From an uncultured Bacteroidales bacterium (GTDB lineage: Bacteria; Bacteroidota; Bacteroidia; Bacteroidales; WCHB1-69), in assembly GCA_900316305.1 (NCBI GenBank), contig ONCM01000008.1, forward strand, positions 6,991 through 70,990: 64,000 nucleotides of DNA, read 5' to 3'. The translations under genes were made by a program, and so were the position numbers. Each line of letters starts with the position of its first letter. The stretch's first letter is position 1. Below the pieces are notes generated by a model. The model was not told the origin of the DNA. It searched no databases and saw nothing but the letters and a program-made list of their open reading frames with translations. This document shows, one piece after another, positions 54,131 through 61,047 of the stretch.

Positions 54131-56989
54131 ATGATAATCAAAGATGATTTTGTGTGCAGACACAATGGTCCCGCCATTGACGAGCAACAGAAGATGTTGG
54201 ATGTCATCGGCGTCAAAACAATGGACGAACTGATTGAGAAGACGGTTCCCGCCGCCATCCGTTTGCCGAAGCCGCTGGACTTGCCGGAAGGCATGACCGA
54301 GGGCGAATACCTCAACCATATCCACAGCCTGATGGCGAAGAACAAGATTTACCGCTCCTACATCGGTATGGGTACTTACAACACCTACACCCCGGCGGTG
54401 ATTTTGCGCAACATTTTCGAGAATCCGGGCTGGTACACCTCCTACACTCCGTACCAAGCTGAGATTTCCCAAGGCCGTATCGAGGCTTTGTTGAACTACC
54501 AGACGATGATCAGCAGCCTGACTGCCATGCCGTTGGCCAACGCTTCCATGCTGGACGACGCCACCGCTGCTGGTGAGATGATGCTGATGTTCTTCCGCAG
54601 CCGCAGCCGCGAGCAACAGAAAAACAACGTGGTGAAATACTTTGTGGCTGAAGGCGTTTTCCCGCACTCCATCGGTGTGATGAAGACCAACGCTGCGCCG
54701 CACGGCATCGAGCTTGTGATTGGCAAACCCGACCAGGTGGAACTCGACGAGACCTTCTTCGGTGCGATGATCCAGTACCCGAACTATTGGGGCGGCATCC
54801 ACAACTTCAACGCTTGGGTTGAGAAAGCGCACGCCAAGAACATCTTCGTGGGCGTGGCTACTGACCTGCTGGCTTTGACTCTGCTCACGCCTCCGGGCGA
54901 GTGGGGCGCTGACTGTGTGGTCGGTTCCACCCAACGTTTCGGTATCCCGATGGGCTATGGTAGCCCTGCCGCTGGCTTCTACGCTTGCCGCGAGGAGTTC
55001 CTGCGCCAGATGCCCGGCCGTATCATCGGTGTCACCGTCGATGCACAGGGCAACCGCGCCGTGCGTATGGCCCTGCAGACCCGCGAGCAGCACATCAAAC
55101 GCGAGCGCGCAACCTCCAACATCTGCACCGCCAGCGCTTTGACCGCCATCATGGCAGGCTTCTACGGCATGTGGCACGGTGCAGATGGTCTGAAGAACAA
55201 AGCCGTGAAGATCAATGTTTTGGCTGGCGTTTTGGCTGCCGAAGCTGCAAAATACGGTTTCAAACAGTATAACGAAAACTACTTCGACACCCTTTGCTTC
55301 GAAACGCCCGAAGGTCTTACCTGCGAGGACGTGAAGAAAGTGGCTTTGTCGAAAGAAATCAACCTCTGCTACCACTGCGAGCGTTGTTTCACCGTCTCCC
55401 TCGACGAAACCGTCACCCACGACGATGTCAACGACATCCTCGAAGTGCTGGCCACCGCTGCTGGCAAGCCGTTCACCCCGCACGTCTGCGACGGCAAATG
55501 CGGTATTCCCGACCTGCACATCCCTGCCGAACTGACCCGTAAGAGCCCGTTCATGCAGCATAAGATCTTCAGCCAGTATCACTCCGAGACCGAGATGATG
55601 CGTTACATGAAGATGCTGGAAGTCAAGGATTTGTCGCTGAACCGCGCTATGATTCCGCTGGGCTCCTGCACCATGAAGCTCAACGCTGCCGCTGAGATGC
55701 TGCCGCTGAGCTGGGCTGAGGTTTGCAACATCCATCCGTATGCTCCCGCTGACCAAGCCGAGGGCTTCAAAGAGATGTTGGACGAGGTCTGCAATTGGCT
55801 GTGCAAGATCACCGGTTTCGCAGCTATTTCTCTACAACCGAACTCCGGTGCCGCCGGTGAATATGCCGGTATGACCGTGATTCGCAACTACCACCTCAGC
55901 CGTGGCGAAGGTCACCGCAACATCTGCCTGATCCCGTCTTCTGCACACGGCACCAACCCCGCATCTTCTGCCAAGGCTGGCAACAAGATCGTGGTGGTGA
56001 AGGCTACCGAACACGGTGAAGTCGATATTGACGATTTGCGTGCTAAAGCTGAACAATACAAGGACAACCTCTCCTGCTTGATGATCACCTATCCTTCCAC
56101 GCACGGCGTGTTTGAAGAAGGCATCCTCGAAATCATCAAGATCATCCACGAGAACGGTGGTCTGGTTTATATGGACGGTGCCAACATGAACGCCCAGGTG
56201 GGTCTCACCTCTCCGGGCACCATGGGCGCCGATGTCTGCCACCTCAACCTGCACAAGACCTTCGCCATGCCTCACGGCGGTGGCGGTCCTGGTGTTGGCC
56301 CGATCGGTGTCTGCGAGAAGCTCGTCCCGTTCTTGCCGAACCACGCTACCGTGAAAGTCGGTGGTGAGCAAGGCAGCCAGGTAGCTACAGCTCCTTACGG
56401 CAGCGCCTACCTGATCCCGATTACTTATGGCTACCTCAAGATGTTAGGCGGCAAGGGTTTGGCAGAAGTTACCAAGAACGCCATCCTGAACGCCAACTAC
56501 ATGCGTGCACGCTTGGAGAAGGACTACAAGATCCTCTACACGGGCACGAACGGCATGTGCGCCCACGAGATGATCCTCGACTGCAACGAATTCGACAAAC
56601 ACGCTGGCGTGCAAGTCGGTGACATTGCTAAGAGACTGATGGACTACGGTTTCCACGCTCCCACGGTCGCTTTCCCGGTGCACGGCACCTTGATGGTGGA
56701 GCCCACCGAGAGCGAACCGCTGAGCGAGCTCGACCGTTTCTGCGACGCGATGATTGCCATCCGTCAGGAGATTCGCGACATTGAAGAGGGCAAGGCCGAC
56801 AGAGCTAACAACCTCATCAAGAACGCTCCGCACAGCATGAACGTGGTCTGCGCCGACGAATGGGATCGTCCCTACACCCGTCAGCAGGCTGCCTTCCCGC
56901 TGCCGCACACCGAGAAATACTGGCCGACCGTCGGCAAGATCGACGACGCCTTCGGTGACAGAAATCTCGTTTGCGTGCTGAGCGAATAA
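54131..56989 (+). CDS. gcvP: Glycine dehydrogenase (decarboxylating), single-chain P-protein
   Basis: 952 aa, GcvP-like throughout (YTPYQAEISQGRIEALLNYQ; PLP-Lys context NLHKTFAMPHGGGGPG). Confidence 0.95.
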   Translation: MIIKDDFVCRHNGPAIDEQQKMLDVIGVKTMDELIEKTVPAAIRLPKPLDLPEGMTEGEYLNHIHSLMAKNKIYRSYIGMGTYNTYTPAVILRNIFENPGWYTSYTPYQAEISQGRIEALLNYQTMISSLTAMPLANASMLDDATAAGEMMLMFFRSRSREQQKNNVVKYFVAEGVFPHSIGVMKTNAAPHGIELVIGKPDQVELDETFFGAMIQYPNYWGGIHNFNAWVEKAHAKNIFVGVATDLLALTLLTPPGEWGADCVVGSTQRFGIPMGYGSPAAGFYACREEFLRQMPGRIIGVTVDAQGNRAVRMALQTREQHIKRERATSNICTASALTAIMAGFYGMWHGADGLKNKAVKINVLAGVLAAEAAKYGFKQYNENYFDTLCFETPEGLTCEDVKKVALSKEINLCYHCERCFTVSLDETVTHDDVNDILEVLATAAGKPFTPHVCDGKCGIPDLHIPAELTRKSPFMQHKIFSQYHSETEMMRYMKMLEVKDLSLNRAMIPLGSCTMKLNAAAEMLPLSWAEVCNIHPYAPADQAEGFKEMLDEVCNWLCKITGFAAISLQPNSGAAGEYAGMTVIRNYHLSRGEGHRNICLIPSSAHGTNPASSAKAGNKIVVVKATEHGEVDIDDLRAKAEQYKDNLSCLMITYPSTHGVFEEGILEIIKIIHENGGLVYMDGANMNAQVGLTSPGTMGADVCHLNLHKTFAMPHGGGGPGVGPIGVCEKLVPFLPNHATVKVGGEQGSQVATAPYGSAYLIPITYGYLKMLGGKGLAEVTKNAILNANYMRARLEKDYKILYTGTNGMCAHEMILDCNEFDKHAGVQVGDIAKRLMDYGFHAPTVAFPVHGTLMVEPTESEPLSELDRFCDAMIAIRQEIRDIEEGKADRANNLIKNAPHSMNVVCADEWDRPYTRQQAAFPLPHTEKYWPTVGKIDDAFGDRNLVCVLSE

Positions 56990-57023
56990 GAGGATGAGAG
57001 GATAAGATTATTAGATAATGTGA

Positions 57024-57057
57024 AGCGGGGAGAACTTTCGCTCTCCCCGCTTTTTTT
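57024..57057 (+). terminator. Intrinsic terminator of gcvP
   Basis: 10-bp stem AGCGGGGAGA/TCTCCCCGCT followed by TTTTTTT. Confidence 0.85.
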
Positions 57058-57104
57058 CTGCGCAAATCTGCGAGTTTTGCGGGAATAATTTTACCGTCCG
57101 CCGT

Positions 57105-57129
57105 TTCAAAAAAAAGTGTATTTTTGCCG
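57105..57129 (+). promoter_or_regulatory. Extended promoter TTCAAAAAAAAGTGTATTTTTGCCG (rpsP-rimM)
   Basis: -7 box at 57119-57126 preceded by an A-tract. Confidence 0.7.
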
Positions 57130-57160
57130 ACTTTTTTTAACAAACTAAAAATTTAAATTT

Positions 57161-57712
57161 ATGGCAACAAGAATCAGATTACAAAGACGCGGTAAGAAGA
57201 ACCAACCCTTCTACCACCTTGTAATTGCGGATGGTCGAGCACCCCGTGACGGACGATCCCTGACCAATCCCGCATCTATCAACATCAACTTCGACAGAGC
57301 GCTGTATTGGCTGGAAGTGGGCGCCACTCCTTCTGACACGGCCCGTTCGATTCTCAAACGCGAAGGTGTCTATATGATGAAGCACCTCAAGGGTGGTGTC
57401 GCCAAGGGCGCATTCAGCGAAAATGAGGCCCAACGCAAATTCGACGCCTGGAAGCAGGAGAAAAACTCCAAGCTGAAAGACGTGGAGAATGCAGAGCGTG
57501 AAGCCAAACGCAAAGTCGTGAAAGAGCGTCTCGCCGCCGAGACCAAGGTGAAGGAAGCCATCTCCGCGAAAGTGGCCGCCAAGGCCGCTGAAGCAGCCGC
57601 TGCTCAGGCAAAGGCCGCTCAGGAAGCTGCTGAAGCCGCTGCCGCCGAGGCCGCCGCTGAAGAAGCTGCTGAAGCTCCCGCCGCTGAAGCCGCTGAACAA
57701 GCTGCTGAATAG
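57161..57712 (+). CDS. rpsP: 30S ribosomal protein S16 with Ala/Glu/Lys-rich C-terminal extension
   Basis: MATRIRLQRRGKKNQPFYHLVIADGRAPRDG...NFDRALYWLEVGATPSDTARSIL, followed by a low-complexity tail. Confidence 0.88.
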   Translation: MATRIRLQRRGKKNQPFYHLVIADGRAPRDGRSLTNPASININFDRALYWLEVGATPSDTARSILKREGVYMMKHLKGGVAKGAFSENEAQRKFDAWKQEKNSKLKDVENAEREAKRKVVKERLAAETKVKEAISAKVAAKAAEAAAAQAKAAQEAAEAAAAEAAAEEAAEAPAAEAAEQAAE

Positions 57713-57729
57713 TTTTTTCCGCCAATATC

Positions 57730-58251
57730 ATGGCAGACAAGAACTTCTACTATCTAGGCACACTAACGAAACCTTTCGGACTGAAAGGCGAGTTGTGTGC
57801 CTTTTTTGATGTCGATGACTGCGAACGCTATCTCGACCTCAACGCCGTATTCCTTGAAACCGACGGCGAAATGCTGCCCTATATGATTGAAAAACTGCAA
57901 TATCGGGGCAACAACCAGTTCATCGTCAAACTGCAGGACGTCGATATCGACAACGTGAAAGAGTTTGTGCAGACCGACATGTTCCTGCCACTCTCACAAC
58001 TGCCCAAGCTTTCCGGCAACCGCTTCTATTTCCACGAAGTGATCGGATTTAAGGTGGTCGATGACCGACTGGGAGAAATCGGCACCTGCAAGGATTTCAT
58101 GGAACTGGCCAACAACCCCCTCATGCAAGTGGACCACGACGGCAGCGAAATCCTCATCCCCGCCTCGCAACAGTTTGTGACTGAGGTGGATCGGGAGAAC
58201 AAAGTCCTGCATGTCACCACCCCCGAAGGGTTAGTGGAATTGTATCTTTAA
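57730..58251 (+). CDS. rimM: 16S rRNA processing protein RimM
   Basis: LGTLTKPFGLKGEL N-terminus, PRC-barrel C-terminus, directly after rpsP. Confidence 0.85.
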   Translation: MADKNFYYLGTLTKPFGLKGELCAFFDVDDCERYLDLNAVFLETDGEMLPYMIEKLQYRGNNQFIVKLQDVDIDNVKEFVQTDMFLPLSQLPKLSGNRFYFHEVIGFKVVDDRLGEIGTCKDFMELANNPLMQVDHDGSEILIPASQQFVTEVDRENKVLHVTTPEGLVELYL

Positions 58252-58355
58252 CTTAGCTATTGGCTATTAGCTATTGGCTATTAGCCGTTAGCTTTTAGCA
58301 TTGGCCGTTAGGTACGACATATTAGCCAAAGGCCAAAAGCTAAAAGCCAAAAGCA
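58252..58355. repeat. Heptad repeat palindrome: about 9 NTTRGCY units, 9-nt centre, then about 5 inverted RGCYAAA units
   Basis: CTTAGCT ATTGGCT ATTAGCT ATTGGCT ATTAGCC GTTAGCT TTTAGC ATTGGCC GTTAGGT / ACGACAT / ATTAGCC AAAGGCC AAAAGCT AAAAGCC AAAAGC. Confidence 0.9.
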
Positions 58356-58400
58356 GTATCTTGAAAAGAATATTGTATATCTTTATTGTTGACGATTGGT

Positions 58401-58979
58401 TTATCGTGGACGATTAGCAAGGAACTCCTTCAGCTGTTGCATGGCGCGGCCACGGTGACTGATGGTGTTCTTGGCTATGGCGGACATTTCGGCAAAAGTT
58501 TGGCGGAATCCCAAGGGTTTGAAAATAGGATCGTAGCCGAAACCGTCAGTGCCACGCTGCTCGGTCAAGATCTCGCCGTCAATGCGACCCTCGAAGAAAT
58601 ACTGTTCGCCGTCCAAGATGAGCGCGATGACGGTTTTGAAACAGGCCCTGCGATTGGTCATCCCTTCCATCTCCGCCAACACTTTGCGGACATTGTCCTG
58701 GTAGGAGCAGCCCTCGCCGGCGTAACGCGCGGAATAGACACCGGGGCGACCGTCAAGCGCTTCGATTTCAAGTCCCGTGTCATCGGCAAAGCAGTTGCAG
58801 TGATAATGGTCCACGACATACTGCGCCTTCTGTAACGCATTGCCTTTCAGCGTGTCGGCCGTTTCAGGAATATCCGGACAACCGATGTCGGGCAGGTTCT
58901 TGATTTGATAATCTGGACCGAGGATGGCACGCACCTCTTCGGTCTTATGCTGGTTATGGGTGGCAAAAATAATCTCCAT
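58401..58979 (-). CDS. rdgB: dITP/XTP pyrophosphatase (RdgB/HAM1 family)
   Basis: [41 protein letters not shown] and SHRGRA motifs. Confidence 0.9.
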   Translation of the reverse strand: MEIIFATHNQHKTEEVRAILGPDYQIKNLPDIGCPDIPETADTLKGNALQKAQYVVDHYHCNCFADDTGLEIEALDGRPGVYSARYAGEGCSYQDNVRKVLAEMEGMTNRRACFKTVIALILDGEQYFFEGRIDGEILTEQRGTDGFGYDPIFKPLGFRQTFAEMSAIAKNTISHRGRAMQQLKEFLANRPR

Positions 58980-58993
58980 AGTGCTATAAACTC

Positions 58994-59022
58994 AAAAAGA
59001 TGACACAATTGCTTGTGTCATC
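58994..59022 (-). terminator. Intrinsic terminator of yceD-rpmF
   Basis: 10-bp stem GATGACACAA/TTGTGTCATC with loop TTGC; TTTTT follows on the minus strand. Confidence 0.75.
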
Positions 59023-59054
59023 CGTTATTCTCAAAAAAACATCACTACGGATGT

Positions 59055-59243
59055 TTACTCAGCAGCGTTACCGATTTCGATGGCTTGTTTGCCTCTATAG
59101 TAACCGCACTCAGGGCATACGCGATGGGTGAGGATGGGCGCACCGCAGTGGCTGCACGTGGTCAGCTGAGGAGCGGTGATGAAATCGTTAGCTCTTCTCT
59201 TATCTCTTCTGATAGCAGAATGTCTTCTTTTCGGATGTGGCAT
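59055..59243 (-). CDS. rpmF: 50S ribosomal protein L32
   Basis: MPHPKRRHS...CSHCG...CPECGYY (Zn-ribbon form). Confidence 0.92.
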   Translation of the reverse strand: MPHPKRRHSAIRRDKRRANDFITAPQLTTCSHCGAPILTHRVCPECGYYRGKQAIEIGNAAE

Positions 59244-59264
59244 ATCTATTAATTTTTATTGTTA

Positions 59265-59825
59265 TTAATCCAATTTTATATTTTTGAGCGCATCCCATCG
59301 GGGATCCGTTTCTTGTTCATTTTCAACATTTTCGGCATTCATCTCATCGAGACGGCGCAACACCTCGGGGTCACAGGTGGGGTTTCCGTCAGCATCATCC
59401 TCATGCACGATGCGGATGGGCAGCGCGAGCACGATGGACTCATACACGAAATGAAAGAGGTCGATCTCGTAGGTGTTCTCATCCATCATCCAGATGTCAT
59501 CCTCCTGTTCCTCTTCGGAACGGTAGTTTTCGGACACCAACTTCACGAGCAGTCTTTCATCGAAGTTCATCGGCAGGTTCACGGGGGCGAGGCAGCGGTC
59601 GCATTCAGCCGTCACATAGCCCTCAAAGTGGCAATGGAAATCGACCATTTTCTCAGATTTTTCCATTTCAATCCGCAAATTCAAACGGCCGTCCATCAGT
59701 TGCTCTATCCCTGCCAAGTCAAAGAACTCTTTATCACAATCTACTGAAAAACAATGCTTTCCAAGTTCAACACCTGAGATTCTGATCTTAAATTGGCTGC
59801 GCAATTGTCTCTCTTCCATCGTCAT
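59265..59825 (-). CDS. yceD: YceD/DUF177 family protein (upstream partner of rpmF)
   Basis: Conserved yceD-rpmF pairing; CDRCL motif. Start set at ATG 59825, downstream of the -7 box 59839-59846. Confidence 0.75.
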   Translation of the reverse strand: MTMEERQLRSQFKIRISGVELGKHCFSVDCDKEFFDLAGIEQLMDGRLNLRIEMEKSEKMVDFHCHFEGYVTAECDRCLAPVNLPMNFDERLLVKLVSENYRSEEEQEDDIWMMDENTYEIDLFHFVYESIVLALPIRIVHEDDADGNPTCDPEVLRRLDEMNAENVENEQETDPRWDALKNIKLD

Positions 59826-59838
59826 AAATTTAGGGGTG

Positions 59839-59846
59839 CAAATATA
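59839..59846 (-). promoter_or_regulatory. -7 box TATATTTG (yceD-rpmF)
   Basis: TAnnTTTG on the minus strand, 13 nt upstream of ATG 59825. Confidence 0.55.
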
Positions 59847-59882
59847 GTATTTTTTCCATATCAAAAGTATGGTATATTTTTT

Positions 59883-59890
59883 TATTTTTG
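59883..59890 (+). promoter_or_regulatory. -7 box TATTTTTG (gtrA-like)
   Basis: TAnnTTTG 18 nt upstream of GTG 59909. Confidence 0.5.
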
Positions 59891-59908
59891 CAGCCTCAAA
59901 GTTGAAAC

Positions 59909-60385
59909 GTGGTCAAGGATTTTTTAAAACGATATTTCGAGCCTCAATTTATCCGGTTTGTGCTGGTTGCCATGCTGAACACAGCGTTCGGCCTGTTCAT
60001 CAATTACGTGTTTCTCTTCATCTTCGAACACCTGCTCAAATTCAACCACGCCTACGTAATCTCCAACTTCTTCGCCACCATCGTCAGCATCCTGTTCAAC
60101 TTCAAAACATACGGCATACTGGTATATAAAAACAAGGACAACAAACTGTTACTCAGATTTTTAGCCGTCACCACATTCACCTACCTCGTCAACATCGGAG
60201 GCATCGCCCTTCTGGAGCATCTGGGCAGTCAAAACAACTACCTTAACCTCACGATTATGGCCGTTCCCGTCGGACTATTGAACTACGTGCTCAACAGTGT
60301 TTTCGTCTATAAGAAAAAGGCACGGTTCTTCAATATCAACAGGAAGAAAAAGGTTGAGACCCCGAAGGAAGATACTGCTGCGTAA
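59909..60385 (+). CDS. GtrA-family membrane protein
   Basis: 158 aa with 4 TM helices and a GtrA-like N-terminus (FIRFVLVAMLNTAFG). GTG start 19 nt after the -7 box. Confidence 0.65.
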   Translation: MVKDFLKRYFEPQFIRFVLVAMLNTAFGLFINYVFLFIFEHLLKFNHAYVISNFFATIVSILFNFKTYGILVYKNKDNKLLLRFLAVTTFTYLVNIGGIALLEHLGSQNNYLNLTIMAVPVGLLNYVLNSVFVYKKKARFFNINRKKKVETPKEDTAA

Positions 60386-60427
60386 AGGATTTGCATTTCG
60401 TCTCTACATAATTCAGATACCGTCTAT

Positions 60428-60457
60428 TGTAGGGGCGAATAATGATTCGCCCCTACA
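60428..60457. terminator. Hairpin TGTAGGGGCGAAT-AATG-ATTCGCCCCTACA between convergent gtrA-like and thpR (GTAG-hairpin family)
   Basis: 13-bp perfect stem. An orphan half-site CGTCTCTACA lies at 60399-60408. Confidence 0.65.
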
Positions 60458-60486
60458 AGGCCTACAAATCGTTATTATTCTCGTTT

Positions 60487-61047
60487 TCAATCCAAACCAT
60501 ACGTGCCGAGGGTCTTGTATTCTGGGCCGTCCTTGTGCAGGAAACTTTGATACAGACACATTTCCTTGATTTCCAACGTCTGCTCAAAACTGGAGGGCAC
60601 AGATTCGATGCTTTCCCAGAATTTGTGCTTGTCATGCAGGCTTTTGATGCGGCCTAACGTAATGTGCGGCACAAAGTTGCCGTAGTTCGGCTCGAAGCCG
60701 AGGGTCTGCAGTTTCGGCTCCAACTCATCAAACAGTTTTTTGAACGGTTCGAAATGCTCGAAACCCAACCAGATCACCTCTGGATGATAATGGCTTCCGA
60801 ATACTCCTATCTTGTTGATGGTCAATGCGAAAGGTTGGCTATGCGCACACGCCTCTTTCAACGCTTTGCGGATGTCCGGCACCTGTTGCGGCGGGGTCGC
60901 GCCCAGAAACCGTAAGGTCAAATGCCGCACGTCGTCCTTCACCCACACGATGTCGTCGTGGCGCAACTTGAAACGCAAATCGGCGGAGATCTTTTGGATT
61001 TCCGCCGAAAGCGTGATTATCGGTGTAGCGATGAACAATCGTTTCAT
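60487..61047 (-). CDS. thpR: RNA 2',3'-cyclic phosphodiesterase (2H family, ThpR/LigT)
   Basis: Two HxT/S motifs (HLTLRF, HITLGR). ATG 61045-61047 overlaps the stop of the upstream S9B peptidase (ATGA). The ORF-track N-terminal extension was rejected. Confidence 0.8.
   Translation of the reverse strand: MKRLFIATPIITLSAEIQKISADLRFKLRHDDIVWVKDDVRHLTLRFLGATPPQQVPDIRKALKEACAHSQPFALTINKIGVFGSHYHPEVIWLGFEHFEPFKKLFDELEPKLQTLGFEPNYGNFVPHITLGRIKSLHDKHKFWESIESVPSSFEQTLEIKEMCLYQSFLHKDGPEYKTLGTYGLD

Noticed and set aside
54005-55756. 583-aa ORF on the minus strand across the start of gcvP
   Set aside because: It is entirely antisense to a highly conserved, motif-rich gcvP. The composition is Val/His/Gly/Asp/Arg-rich and not protein-like, and there is no promoter box. 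It is a typical stop-poor antisense frame of a codon-biased gene.
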